The notes: generated by a model from the letters alone, not told the origin. Positions 9,439 to 19,011 are shown, counted from the first letter of the stretch. The stretch is DNA of 32,000 nt from Candidatus Saccharimonadota bacterium (GCA_965230905.1 OZ246396.1:360001-392000), one strand, 5' to 3'. Numbers and translations are program-made.

Positions 9439-9657
9439 ATGATGGGATATAAAGGATGTTGCGGAGTCCACAAAGTGGCTGCTGCACTTGTTATCGTTGG
9501 CGCCCTTAACTGGGGACTGATTGGCGTGTTCGAATGGAACCTCGTTAGCGAACTCCTGGGAAACTGGGAATGGGCTGAACGAACGGTTTACATTTTAGTG
9601 GGGGTTTCTGCCCTTGCTATGCTTGGATCTTGCTGGTGCAAGATGTGCAAGAAATAA
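9439..9657 (+). CDS. DUF378 family small membrane protein
   Basis: 72 aa. It contains the VGALNWGLIG motif characteristic of DUF378 and has a Cys-rich C-terminus. Confidence 0.75.
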   Translation: MMGYKGCCGVHKVAAALVIVGALNWGLIGVFEWNLVSELLGNWEWAERTVYILVGVSALAMLGSCWCKMCKK

Positions 9658-9670
9658 GCTTTTCTTGTTG

Positions 9671-9703
9671 AAAAAGGCGCGGCTTACGGGCTGCGCTTTT
9701 TTT
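9671..9703. terminator. Bidirectional rho-independent terminator between convergent genes
   Basis: A-run, then stem GCGCGGC/GCTGCGC (one G-U pair) with loop TTACGG, then T7. It sits between 9657 (+) and 9711 (-). Confidence 0.75.
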
Positions 9704-9710
9704 GTGAGTA

Positions 9711-10544
9711 TTAGAAGCGGCCGCTGGCGCCACCGCCACCGAATCCTCCACCTCCAAAGCCGCTGAATCCGCCTCCCCCGCTACCGCCGTGACCACCGCG
9801 GCCGCCACCAAAAAAGATGCCGGGATTGCCGACTTTTTGAAAAAAGAATTTAGACACAATGAAGTCCAGGGCCAAGCCGCCGATTCCGCCCATGAGCAGG
9901 CCGGTAACGCCTCCGACTACGAGACCAAAGGCTCCGCCGAAGATGCCGCCGAGCCACCAGGCTTTGGTGCTGGAAAACCAGCTCACCACTGCCCATAAAA
10001 GCGGCAAACCCCAAAAGAAGAGAGTGGAAAGCAGGTCGGAATAGTCTTGTTGGGCGGTCGCTTCTGGCAGATCGAAAGTTTCGCCGCGTGCCAGCGTTTC
10101 AAGTTGAGCCATGGACTCCAAAACACCTTGATCATAGTTGTCCTCTTTAAGGTAGGGCGTGGCGGTGTGCGTTAAAATGAGGTAGCTGTTGGAATCGGTA
10201 ATCGCCCCTTCAAGGCCGTAGCCCACTTCAATGCGCATTTCACGGTCTTCCGTCACCACTAAAAAGACGAGGCCGTTGTCCAAACCCTCTTGGCCCACAC
10301 CCCATTCGCGGCCCAGCTCCAGCGCGTAGCTTTCAATAGGGTAATCGTTGAGCGTGGGAATCGTTACCACCACCATGCCCGTGCTGGTTTCGCTGGCGAG
10401 CGTGCTGAGCTGCGTTTGAAGCGCTGCCTCCGTTTCATCGGAAAGCACATCAGCACTGTCGAGCACATACCAATCCTCACCCGCGGGTCCAAGCGGACGT
10501 GCGGGGAGATCGGCAGCTGCAAAGGCGGTGGGTATAAAGTTCAT
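9711..10544 (-). CDS. TPM (YgcG-like) domain protein with C-terminal TM segments and glycine-rich tail
   Basis: TPM-domain pattern YVLDSADVLSDETEAALQTQL...VVVTIPTL...GLVFLVVTEDREMRIEVGYGLEG. Tail GGGRGGHGGSGGGGFSGFGGGGFGGGG. Confidence 0.8.
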   Translation of the reverse strand: MNFIPTAFAAADLPARPLGPAGEDWYVLDSADVLSDETEAALQTQLSTLASETSTGMVVVTIPTLNDYPIESYALELGREWGVGQEGLDNGLVFLVVTEDREMRIEVGYGLEGAITDSNSYLILTHTATPYLKEDNYDQGVLESMAQLETLARGETFDLPEATAQQDYSDLLSTLFFWGLPLLWAVVSWFSSTKAWWLGGIFGGAFGLVVGGVTGLLMGGIGGLALDFIVSKFFFQKVGNPGIFFGGGRGGHGGSGGGGFSGFGGGGFGGGGASGRF

Positions 10545-10559
10545 GTTCGGGTCCGCCTG

Positions 10560-11168
10560 TTATTCTCCGATGTTGAATTCAATTTCAGGTGCGTCCTCGG
10601 TTCCTTCATCAGATTCGAGCAAAGGATATTCATCGAAATCGAAGAAACCGGCGATGAGTTTGGTTGGGAAAGTACGAAGCGTAATGTTGTACTGGGCTGC
10701 CGCGTCGTTGAAATCTTTGCGGGCAACGGCGATGCGATTTTCATTTCCTTCTAAAGTAGCCTGGAAAGCTTGGAAACTTTCGGTGGCCGTGAGCGTTGGG
10801 TAGGCTTCCACGGTTACGAGCAGACGGGAAAAGGCCGAGTCAAAAGATTGGGTGGCTGCGATTTGGTCTTCAATGGTCGCGGTGGAATCATCGGCGGTTT
10901 GAGCCCATGCACTGCGGGCTTCCACGATTTCGGTCAGTGTGTCTTGTTCGAATTCAGCGGTGGCTTCCACGGTTGGGAGGAGCTGCGCCACGGTGTCGCT
11001 ACGACGTTGGTACTGCACTTCAACCTGGGCCCAGTTGGCCTGCACGTTCCCTTCTTCCTGCACGAGTCCGTTGTAAACGCCCATCACCCAGGCTCCAATC
11101 ATAAAGACCACTCCAAGCACGATGAGGAGAATTGCCCAGGTCGGAAAGCGATTTGAGGTTTTTGCCAT
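10560..11168 (-). CDS. lemA: LemA family protein
   Basis: N-terminal TM segment followed by a LemA-like region (YNGLVQEEGNVQANWAQVEVQYQRRSD...). It pairs with the downstream TPM gene, a common arrangement. Confidence 0.85.
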   Translation of the reverse strand: MAKTSNRFPTWAILLIVLGVVFMIGAWVMGVYNGLVQEEGNVQANWAQVEVQYQRRSDTVAQLLPTVEATAEFEQDTLTEIVEARSAWAQTADDSTATIEDQIAATQSFDSAFSRLLVTVEAYPTLTATESFQAFQATLEGNENRIAVARKDFNDAAAQYNITLRTFPTKLIAGFFDFDEYPLLESDEGTEDAPEIEFNIGE

Positions 11169-11292
11169 AGGTGGATTTTAAAAGTTATGGACATAGAATA
11201 GCAGAGCCATGCGAAGAGCAAAAGCGCTGACTGCAGACTTGGGCTTGAAAATTGCTAAAGCATTGGCTACTCTTCGCAGGCACACCGCCTAT

Positions 11293-11383
11293 GGAGAGAT
11301 GGCTGAGCGGTCGAAAGCGGCGGTCTTGAAAACCGTTAGGGAGCCTGTCTTCCTCGGGGGTTCGAATCCCTCTCTCTCCGCCA
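11293..11383 (+). tRNA. tRNA-Ser (anticodon UGA), CCA encoded
   Basis: Acceptor GGAGAGA/TCTCTCC. Anticodon loop CTTGAAA (anticodon TGA). Long variable arm, T-loop GGTTCGAATCC, discriminator G, then CCA. Confidence 0.9.
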
Positions 11384-11552
11384 GAACGTGCATGATTTAA
11401 GCCTATGACCCACCTACCTGAGTAAAAGGTGAACTGGGAAGGTTTAATGATTTCCTCCTTCATAAGGCTTGAAAAGGCCGCCTATTACTAGACTCATGTT
11501 ATTGAGTGGCACGGGCGTTCATTAAAACCTGATATCTACGCTAAAGCCCTTT

Positions 11553-12881
11553 TTATTGGTGAGCCAGCTCCATTCCGATCTTCTTACTTTTCTCCAACCA
11601 GACCTCTCCATTCTTTAAAAATAGCTGTCCATCTAGACAGTCGAGGAAATTCCGCTTTTCCTGTAGAGTTCCGTGCTTCAGTACGTATTCGATGTAGGTT
11701 TGATGGCTTATCTCTTTGGCATTCTCTCCTAGAGTCAGTCTTTGCATATCGTTGAACCTTTGTACCTCTTTCGTAATCTTTTTATGAACTTGAAGGTCTT
11801 TTTCCTTGTACTCATTCACCATCGTAGCGATTGATTCAATCAGCTTCTCTTCCCGAATGTATTTTTCATTACAATTCTTTGTTCCTCCGTATTTGGTGCA
11901 TTTGTAGTAGACATAGCGCTTCTTAAAACGGTTATAGCGTTCTTCTCCACAGACTCCTGAGTTACAAATCCCGCATTTAAACAATTTTCCAAAGAAAAAG
12001 CTCTTACTTCCCCATTTTGTCTTTTCATAGGTTTTAATAATCTCTTTGGCTTTCTCCCACTGGTCTTTTGTGATCAGCGGCTCATGCACCCCTTTATACC
12101 AATTGCCGCTTCCAACAGGGTACTCAAAGTCGCCGTAATAAAAGGCTTCTTTGAACATTCGATAGGTCATACTCAAAGTTACCTTTTTGCCGGTTCTCGT
12201 CCGAAACCCTTCGCTGCTTAGGAAGTCATTCACTTGCCTGCCACTGAATCCATTTACTGTTACGTAGCTGAACATTTTCTTCACAAATGGAGCACGTTCT
12301 GGATCTACAATAATCTTATTTTCTAAGTTTGGATTATGTGGATCTCTAAAGATCATGTAGCCAAGGGGAGGGGGTCCAGGCCTTTTGCCTCTTTGACATT
12401 TTGCTCTAAGTCCACGTCTCACATTTGTTCCTCGATTGTCGTTCTCAAGCTTAGCCTGACTACACAAAATCATAAGTAGAAACTTCTCATTTGGAGTATT
12501 GGAGAAGCTTTGTCCGTATGTTCGAATTGAAACAAGCTTATTTAAATCCATAAGGTCTACTAAAGCTCCTAAATCCCCAGCGTTACGGCTGAGACGATCC
12601 GGTGCCCACGTCAAAATTGCATTGAACTTTCCTTCCTTTATATCCTGAAGTAGACGATTGAATTCTATCCTACAGCCGACTGCTTTGGCACTTTTACTTT
12701 CGTGTCTAACTTCGGCAATATTTAGATTTTCGTTTTTTGCTATTTTGAGCATCTCATTGATTTGAGAATCAATGCTCATTGCCTGTCTTTCGTCCGATTC
12801 CGAGGATTTACGAGCGTAAAGACAGTATTTTAAAGGTACTTGAAGCTCTGTCATGTCTAATGGGTTAAAGTCTACCCACAT
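11553..12881 (-). CDS. Large serine recombinase (integrase)
   Basis: N-terminal resolvase catalytic domain YCLYARKSSESDERQAMSIDSQ. Recombinase domain follows. Zinc-ribbon CGICNSGV...YYKC. C-terminal coiled region. Confidence 0.9.
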   Translation of the reverse strand: MWVDFNPLDMTELQVPLKYCLYARKSSESDERQAMSIDSQINEMLKIAKNENLNIAEVRHESKSAKAVGCRIEFNRLLQDIKEGKFNAILTWAPDRLSRNAGDLGALVDLMDLNKLVSIRTYGQSFSNTPNEKFLLMILCSQAKLENDNRGTNVRRGLRAKCQRGKRPGPPPLGYMIFRDPHNPNLENKIIVDPERAPFVKKMFSYVTVNGFSGRQVNDFLSSEGFRTRTGKKVTLSMTYRMFKEAFYYGDFEYPVGSGNWYKGVHEPLITKDQWEKAKEIIKTYEKTKWGSKSFFFGKLFKCGICNSGVCGEERYNRFKKRYVYYKCTKYGGTKNCNEKYIREEKLIESIATMVNEYKEKDLQVHKKITKEVQRFNDMQRLTLGENAKEISHQTYIEYVLKHGTLQEKRNFLDCLDGQLFLKNGEVWLEKSKKIGMELAHQ

Positions 12882-12936
12882 AGATGACAGAACGACCCAT
12901 CTTTATCCAGATGGATTTATACCTAAAAGTTAGCCT

Positions 12937-13152
12937 CTAAAACTTTAGGAGCTTCCAGAGCGGGATCCCAAAACCATCCGCCAACTTTTGCAGTATGTCC
13001 AGACTTGGATTCCTGGGTTTCTTTCCCTCAAGGCTTTGAATGTACTTCAAGCTAATATGAGAAAGCCCCGCAAGTTTCTCCTGTGAAAGCTTGTGCTTTT
13101 TACGGAGATGGCGCATCCGTTCTGCGAATTGTGCTGATATGTCTTTTTTCAC
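12937..13152 (-). CDS. XRE-family helix-turn-helix transcriptional regulator
   Basis: 71 aa. FAERMRHLRKKHKLSQEKLAGLSHISLKYIQSLEGKKPRNPSLDILQKLADGFGI is a typical HTH_XRE. Confidence 0.85.
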   Translation of the reverse strand: MKKDISAQFAERMRHLRKKHKLSQEKLAGLSHISLKYIQSLEGKKPRNPSLDILQKLADGFGIPLWKLLKF

Positions 13153-13180
13153 GCCTTAATACTCGATCGTTCACCTTCTA

Positions 13181-13209
13181 TTGAGAACCAACAGTTGTTG
13201 GTGTACTAT
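13181..13209 (+). promoter_or_regulatory. Promoter candidate for mod with a palindromic operator in the spacer
   Basis: TTGAGA (13181-13186), 17-nt spacer, TACTAT (13204-13209). The spacer contains the perfect inverted repeat ACCAACA-GT-TGTTGGT (13187-13202). Confidence 0.45.
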
Positions 13210-13237
13210 CGTTGGCAATCGCCTAGATAAAATAAGG

Positions 13238-15244
13238 ATGCCCATCAAAACCTCTCCATCAGTACAGAAAAAATCTCAGAATCGTCTCGACTACCTGCTT
13301 TCTCAAATCTCTGAAAATGCTTTGCGCTTGGGGTTGGAACGAGAAATTTCTAAACTTCGAATGAACCGCAAGTTTGGTTTAGTGTTTGAAGAGCATGTCC
13401 CGGAACATGTGAGGCTTTACCACCACATGGTCACTGTTGGCACAAAGGTGGTTTTTCGTAATGGTAAGGGCGACGATGTGTTTAATGTGATCAATATTGA
13501 GAAAAAATCCGTGCAGTTACTTCACGAAATCGATGGCCGTTGGGAAGAGGCGCAAGTTGAGGACTTAGTAGTGATTAAGAAATTTGAGGAACCGATCTAT
13601 CCTTCTCTTATTCCTGTTGATCAGATGGTGAGAGGAGGAAATAAGCCCTATCATGCGATTATAAATGCAGACAATTTTCATGCATTACAACTTCTTCTTT
13701 ATTCTTATGAGAAGAAAGTAGACGTCATTTACATTGACCCTCCATACAATACGGGAGCTCGGGATTGGAAATACAACAATAATTATGTCGATAACAATGA
13801 TCAGTATCGCCATAGCAAATGGCTTTCGATGATGAAGAAACGATTGTTATTGGCAAAAGGTCTGCTCAAATCTGATGGCGTGCTGATAGTCGCGATCGAC
13901 GATAACGAACTTAGTACGCTTTCCTTGCTAATGAAGGATCTCTTTCCTGATCGTGAGATTGAACGAGTGATAATTAAGCATCATCCTCAGGGCAACAATG
14001 GGGTCAACATTTGGTCTACCCATGAATATGCTCTCTTTGCCCTACCAAGAGGAAGAAAGTCATTATTTGGATTTAAACATGACATGAAAGAGGAGTTTTG
14101 GTCTTTGAAGAGATCGGGGACAGGTGCAGGAAATTGGCGGCATGGAAGGCCAAAGATGTTTTTTGCTCTGCACATTGATGAGAAAAAACGAAAAGTTGTA
14201 GGTGTGGGTGAAGAGTTGAGCATCAATGAAAAGTACAAGACGGGCTATACGAAAGAGGGTCTAAAAATGATTTATCCTGTAGATGAAAAAGGTGGAGAAC
14301 GTGTCTGGAGATACGGACGGGAGACAATGATTGAGAAAATAAAAAAAGGAGAGGTTGTTGTTAGAGGCAAAGAAGGTAACTCGCTCTCTGTAGTCGCACC
14401 ACCAAGAAGTCATGCTCCTATTTTCAGTGTGTGGGATCAACCTCAATACAACGCCGGAACTGCCGGGGCAAATCTTCTATCGAACATAATGGGGGTATCT
14501 AATTCTTTCCCTTTCCCAAAATCACTCTATACAGTTCAAGATTGTATTGGTGCTGTATGCCGCGACAAACCAGATGCCCTAATCCTTGATTTCTTTGCAG
14601 GGTCGGGAACTACGCTCCATGCTACATGTCTTTTAAATACAGAAGACGACGGGAATCGTCGTTGCATTCTTGTGACTAACAACGAGGTTTCTGAGAAAAG
14701 AGCAAAGGATCTAGAGGAGAGTAGTATTTTCCCGGGTAATCCTAAATTTGAACAATACGGGATTTGTGAATCTGTGACATGGCCACGATGCAAGTACGCT
14801 ATTCAAGGAAAGCGCGACGATGGAACAGCCTTGGACGGTGAATACTTTGGTGGACGGTCTATCAAAGAAGGCTTTGAAGAAAATGTCCAATACTTTCGAT
14901 TAGATTATTTGGATCCAAATGCAGTCGCTTATCGGGAAAAACTTGAGGATGTCCTTCCTATACTTTGGCTTATGGCTGGAGCAAAAGGAGAAATAGGAAG
15001 GGCTAAAAATAAGGACTGGTTTATTTCAAAAGATTCCGCTTTTGCTGTGCTTATGAAAGAGTCTTTATTTTGCGAATTTAAAGCTGAAATTACAAATCAC
15101 AAAGATTTGACTCACGTGTTCATAGTCACGGATTCAGAAGAAGCATATCGAGATATGTGCATGCAGCTGCCTAGCAAATTTAAAACAAAAATGCTCTACA
15201 AGAGCTATTTAGAAAACTTCCGTATTAATATCGCTCAAACATGA
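13238..15244 (+). CDS. Type III-like DNA methyltransferase (Mod; beta-class N6A/N4C)
   Basis: The ORF opens at TTG 13181. ATG 13238 is preceded by AAGGA. Motif IV VIYIDPPYNTG comes before motif I ILDFFAGSGTT (beta-class order). Its stop overlaps the res start (ATGA at 15241-15244). Confidence 0.85.
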   Translation: MPIKTSPSVQKKSQNRLDYLLSQISENALRLGLEREISKLRMNRKFGLVFEEHVPEHVRLYHHMVTVGTKVVFRNGKGDDVFNVINIEKKSVQLLHEIDGRWEEAQVEDLVVIKKFEEPIYPSLIPVDQMVRGGNKPYHAIINADNFHALQLLLYSYEKKVDVIYIDPPYNTGARDWKYNNNYVDNNDQYRHSKWLSMMKKRLLLAKGLLKSDGVLIVAIDDNELSTLSLLMKDLFPDREIERVIIKHHPQGNNGVNIWSTHEYALFALPRGRKSLFGFKHDMKEEFWSLKRSGTGAGNWRHGRPKMFFALHIDEKKRKVVGVGEELSINEKYKTGYTKEGLKMIYPVDEKGGERVWRYGRETMIEKIKKGEVVVRGKEGNSLSVVAPPRSHAPIFSVWDQPQYNAGTAGANLLSNIMGVSNSFPFPKSLYTVQDCIGAVCRDKPDALILDFFAGSGTTLHATCLLNTEDDGNRRCILVTNNEVSEKRAKDLEESSIFPGNPKFEQYGICESVTWPRCKYAIQGKRDDGTALDGEYFGGRSIKEGFEENVQYFRLDYLDPNAVAYREKLEDVLPILWLMAGAKGEIGRAKNKDWFISKDSAFAVLMKESLFCEFKAEITNHKDLTHVFIVTDSEEAYRDMCMQLPSKFKTKMLYKSYLENFRINIAQT

Positions 15245-17730
15245 AAATAGAATTAAAACCGTTTCAGGAAATTGCAGCTCAAAAGCTGTTGTCACATGTG
15301 AAGAAAGCTAGAAAAGGTGTGCTCGATAAAGATAATCAGGCAATTATCCTTAGTTCTCCCACAGGCTCTGGTAAGACAGTGATACTAACTCAGCTCATCG
15401 AGTGGATTTTGCAGGGCGACGAAGAAACAGAGGGAGACAAAGATGCTGTCTTCATTTGGCTTTCGGATATGCCAGAACTCAATCTTCAAAGTAGAGACAA
15501 AATTCTTCAACAATCTTCCGACCTTTCTGGAAGCATCTTGGAGGTTATCGAATCTCCCTTTAATCAAGACCGGCTGCTTCCTGGGAAAGTTTATTTCCTC
15601 AATACTCAGAAACTAGCAAAGGATGCCCTCCTTACTAAGGTCGGAGACGGCAGGGAGTACACCATATGGCAAACCATTGAAAATACAATTAAGGCATCCC
15701 CTGAGCATCTTTATGTGATTATCGATGAAGCTCACCGTGGTATGGCGGATGGAAAAGAAAATGCCAAGGCTTCAAGTATTGTGCAGCGATTTATTGTTGG
15801 TTACCCAGAAGGTGGCATGCAACCGATACCTCTTATCATTGGTATGAGTGCTACACCTGATCGATTTCAAAAACTGATTGAGAAGACAGACCGTACCCAA
15901 CGTCCATGCATCATCGAACCTGAGGACGTTAAAGCTTCTGGTCTACTTAAAGACCGCATTATTCTTTGGCATCCTACAGAGAAAGAATCGTCTGACTTCA
16001 CGCTGCTTGCTGAAGCGACAAGACGTTGGAATACGTGTATTGAGGAATGGAAGAAATACTCCAAATCACAAAAGAGGGATGACCCAGTAGAGCCAATACT
16101 CGTAGTGCAAGTAGAGGATGGAACTGAGAAAAAGCTTTCGAGTACAGATATTGAAACGATTATTAGAACGGTTGAAAATGTAACGGGTAAACTTGATGAC
16201 AATGCCTGGGCACATGCTTTTCAAGATGAAAAACCACTTGAAATTGCCGGCAGAGTCATTCGGAAAATTGATGCCTCTAAAATTGAGGCAGACCCATTAG
16301 TGAAAGTTGTTCTTTTTAAAATGAGTCTTTCAACGGGATGGGATTGTCCACGTGCCGAAGTATTAATGTCTTTTCGCAAGGCTAAGGATGCCACTTTTAT
16401 CGCCCAGCTGGTAGGACGTATGGTTCGCACTCCTCTTGCACGTAGAGTTGAGCATAACGAACTGCTCAATAGTGTTTCTCTTTATCTTCCAAACTATGAT
16501 GAAGGGAATTTAAAAACAGTTGTGCAAAAGCTTAATTCGCAAGATCCTGAGCAGGGAATTGCTATTGAGGTAGTCGATGGTTCTAAACTCGTGCAGCTCG
16601 TACGAGATTCTGAAAAGGAACAGTCGTTTAAAAAACTTGAGACTCTGCCCACTTACCGTATTGAGCGCATTGCAAAAAGTCCAAGTGTGAGAAGACTGCT
16701 TAAGTTTGCTCGTGCATTAACAAACGATGAGATCGACAAGAAGTCATGGGATTCTTCTAAGGAGTTTGTTCTCGATTTGCTCAATAAGGAGCTGACGAAG
16801 TTAAAAAAGAAAAAATCCTTTATGGATATCATTGAGAGTAAAGGTAAAATTGAAGTTCGTGAATCCTGGCTAGAGTATGGGGAGCAGTCCCTTTCAACTT
16901 CAAATAACTACATTTCGATTGAATCTTCACCCGAGAATATAGATGACCTCTTTGAGCAGTGTGGGCGTAAACTTGGCGAAGGACTTCACATGGAGTTTTG
17001 GCGTTCAAGACAAAATAAACAAGATCCAATTGTTACAAAGCTAGAAATAATTGCCCTTTTGCAAGAAGCTGGAATCGAGGATCTCATTGAACAGCAGTGT
17101 AGTGAAGAGCTAGAGCATTTTTGGAAGACCCATGCACAAGATATTCGTGCACTACCAAGTGGCAGGGAAGAGGAATATCGCATTATCATGAGAAGGTCTA
17201 AAGAGCCTTTTGCAGAGACTCTTCAAATGCCCATAGAAATGGAGGGTGTGAAGGAAGATGCAAGCTGGGAGAAGCACATTTATATTTCCGAGAAAGGTAA
17301 GTTCACTGCGGATTTGAATAACTGGGAGTCTAGAGTGGTGCACGAAATGATCGAGGAAGATTCATCGGTTATAGGCTGGTTACGTATTCTACCTAGAAAG
17401 GACTGGGCACTTTGCATCCCTTATCGGATGGAGAATGTTGATAAGCCTCTTTATCCGGACATCATCGCGTTCCGTAAAGAAAAAGGGCAAATAGTGGCTG
17501 ATATCTTTGATCCACACGCCAGTAGTCTTACGGACGCTGTCGACAAGGCAAAAGGACTCGCGGAATATGCAAAGAAGCACGGTGAGCATTTTGGAAGAAT
17601 TCTACTTATGATTATTAATGAGAAGGATCGTCTTTGTTGTCTCGATTTAAACAAGGAAAGTGTGCGGAACGAAGTGAATAAAGTAACTAGCCAAGCACAC
17701 TTGGAGAAACTTTTTGCAGATGCTCTTTGA
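15241..17730 (+). CDS. Type III-like restriction/helicase subunit (Res; SF2 DEAH ATPase)
   Basis: Motif I SSPTGSGKT. Motif II VIIDEAHRG. Motif III GMSATP. LSTGWDCPR. Motif VI QLVGRMVRTP. The C-terminal region has YPDII...IVADIFDPH. A clear PD-(D/E)xK lysine is not evident to me. Confidence 0.8.
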   Translation: MKIELKPFQEIAAQKLLSHVKKARKGVLDKDNQAIILSSPTGSGKTVILTQLIEWILQGDEETEGDKDAVFIWLSDMPELNLQSRDKILQQSSDLSGSILEVIESPFNQDRLLPGKVYFLNTQKLAKDALLTKVGDGREYTIWQTIENTIKASPEHLYVIIDEAHRGMADGKENAKASSIVQRFIVGYPEGGMQPIPLIIGMSATPDRFQKLIEKTDRTQRPCIIEPEDVKASGLLKDRIILWHPTEKESSDFTLLAEATRRWNTCIEEWKKYSKSQKRDDPVEPILVVQVEDGTEKKLSSTDIETIIRTVENVTGKLDDNAWAHAFQDEKPLEIAGRVIRKIDASKIEADPLVKVVLFKMSLSTGWDCPRAEVLMSFRKAKDATFIAQLVGRMVRTPLARRVEHNELLNSVSLYLPNYDEGNLKTVVQKLNSQDPEQGIAIEVVDGSKLVQLVRDSEKEQSFKKLETLPTYRIERIAKSPSVRRLLKFARALTNDEIDKKSWDSSKEFVLDLLNKELTKLKKKKSFMDIIESKGKIEVRESWLEYGEQSLSTSNNYISIESSPENIDDLFEQCGRKLGEGLHMEFWRSRQNKQDPIVTKLEIIALLQEAGIEDLIEQQCSEELEHFWKTHAQDIRALPSGREEEYRIIMRRSKEPFAETLQMPIEMEGVKEDASWEKHIYISEKGKFTADLNNWESRVVHEMIEEDSSVIGWLRILPRKDWALCIPYRMENVDKPLYPDIIAFRKEKGQIVADIFDPHASSLTDAVDKAKGLAEYAKKHGEHFGRILLMIINEKDRLCCLDLNKESVRNEVNKVTSQAHLEKLFADAL

Positions 17731-17732
17731 AA

Positions 17733-18668
17733 TTATATAATGGACATTCGACTCAGTGTTTCCCATAAAAACTTCTTATTTTCCTTTGCGTTACAATGTT
17801 TAGCGATGAGTCCCCAGTAGCTGGAGAGGTTCTGAGAGTTTAAGCGAGTGATTGCTCGATTTATTGCCCTATCGTTGAGGGTCCTTCCACTTGGATACAT
17901 ACGCACACCGAGAAAATGAAGACCCTGTTTTGCTTTGAGTAGTTGATCGTTTGTAGGATGGAGAGTCAGTTTCAGTTTTTCCTTCAAAAAATGTTCTACC
18001 TGCTCTCTTTTTTGTTTTAATAAAAGTGGGTCACTATCGAAAACCAGGAAGTCATCGCCATAACGTAAATAAGCACTAGATTTAAGATGAGTAGTCACAA
18101 AACGATCTAATTCGTTCAAATAAATGTTGGCAAATATTTGGCTCGTCAGATTGCCAATAGGAATTCCAGCCGGATAGCTAAAGATGACTTCTTGAAGGAG
18201 TAAAAGTGTGGCCGGATCCGTCACTCTCCGCTTTAAAAGAGTAAGCAAAACATCCTGATCTACATGGTCAAAGAACTTCCGGATGTCGGCACGCCAAACG
18301 TAGTGATTTGGAAAGGACTTTAGAAAATCTTGTGTGCGTTCGATCGCACCTAAAAGACCCTTTGTTTTCCTGCAAGACCAAGCATCAAAAATGAACGTAT
18401 GATCAAAAATTGGTACAAGGTAATCATACAAAATCCGGTGAACAATGCGATCCCTGATAGCCGCCACTGAGATCTCTCTGCGCTTATTTTCCGCTACGAT
18501 AAAGGTTCGGTAGGAACCATGCTTGTATGTTCCCTTAGCCAAGTCTTCAAAAAGGGCCTGCAAGTTTCCTTCTAAGCTATACTCAAACTCCTCTAACTGT
18601 GGACCCGCATTTTTACCTTTTCGGTAGTTCCACCAACTTTTCCAAATATTCTCTAATTTTATATCCAT
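17733..18668 (-). CDS. Diversity-generating retroelement reverse transcriptase
   Basis: The ORF opens at TTG 18692. ATG 18668 gives MDIKLENIWKSWWNYRKGK, a typical DGR RT N-terminus. The DGR-specific motif IGNLTSQ is at 18138-18158. Catalytic RYGDD is at 18051-18065. Confidence 0.9.
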   Translation of the reverse strand: MDIKLENIWKSWWNYRKGKNAGPQLEEFEYSLEGNLQALFEDLAKGTYKHGSYRTFIVAENKRREISVAAIRDRIVHRILYDYLVPIFDHTFIFDAWSCRKTKGLLGAIERTQDFLKSFPNHYVWRADIRKFFDHVDQDVLLTLLKRRVTDPATLLLLQEVIFSYPAGIPIGNLTSQIFANIYLNELDRFVTTHLKSSAYLRYGDDFLVFDSDPLLLKQKREQVEHFLKEKLKLTLHPTNDQLLKAKQGLHFLGVRMYPSGRTLNDRAINRAITRLNSQNLSSYWGLIAKHCNAKENKKFLWETLSRMSII

Positions 18669-19011
18669 GGAAGCACTTCCAATTATAAACAAAAGTTACA
18701 GCCTTTATAAGGATCTTGTAAGTGCACAGGACCTTTTAAGCAAGCGTCATCGTTATTCACTAGGAGTAAGTTCTGAGACTAGCATCCTTTCTCTCTTAGA
18801 AGAACTCACGATGGCAAAAAATGCTCCAAAGCCTTTAAAAGGCCCTTATCTCATCAAGGCAAGTGCCAGTTTAGAAGTGCTCATACTAAAACTTCGACTT
18901 CTACTAGAACTGAAACTAATCAACGAAACAAAGGTTTTCCAACTCCAAGCCAAAGCCTCCGAGATCGGAAGGATGCTTGGAGGTTGGCTTAAAAGTGTCC
19001 AAAGTACTTAA
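18667..19011 (+). CDS. avd: DGR accessory variability determinant (Avd; four-helix-bundle / 23S rRNA IVS-like protein)
   Basis: 114 aa. LPIINKSYSLYKDLV...KRHRYSLG...LEVLILKLRLLLELKLI...ASEIGRMLGGWLKS matches the Avd pattern (compare BPP-1 Avd ...AEVGRILGSWIARV). It is on the opposite strand to RT, TR and the targets. Confidence 0.85.
   Translation: MEALPIINKSYSLYKDLVSAQDLLSKRHRYSLGVSSETSILSLLEELTMAKNAPKPLKGPYLIKASASLEVLILKLRLLLELKLINETKVFQLQAKASEIGRMLGGWLKSVQST

Noticed and set aside
9711-9800. A GC-rich GGN-type DNA periodicity here looks like a simple repeat.
   Set aside because: It is the coding sequence for the glycine-rich C-terminal tail of the TPM-domain protein, not an independent repeat element or CRISPR.
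11185-11463. A 92-aa minus-strand ORF and a 63-aa plus-strand ORF span this region.
   Set aside because: Both overlap the well-formed tRNA-Ser(UGA) gene and are spurious.
12897-12914. A small hairpin CCATCT-TTATCC-AGATGG sits between the XRE gene and the integrase gene.
   Set aside because: It has only 6 bp and no T-run. That is too weak to call a terminator or attenuator.
17733-18692. The reverse transcriptase could be a retron, a group II intron RT or an Abi-type defence RT next to the R-M system.
   Set aside because: The IGNLTSQ motif, the adjacent Avd-like gene and the TR/VR pairs with adenine-specific differences identify it as a DGR RT. No intron RNA domains or msr/msd-like repeats were seen.
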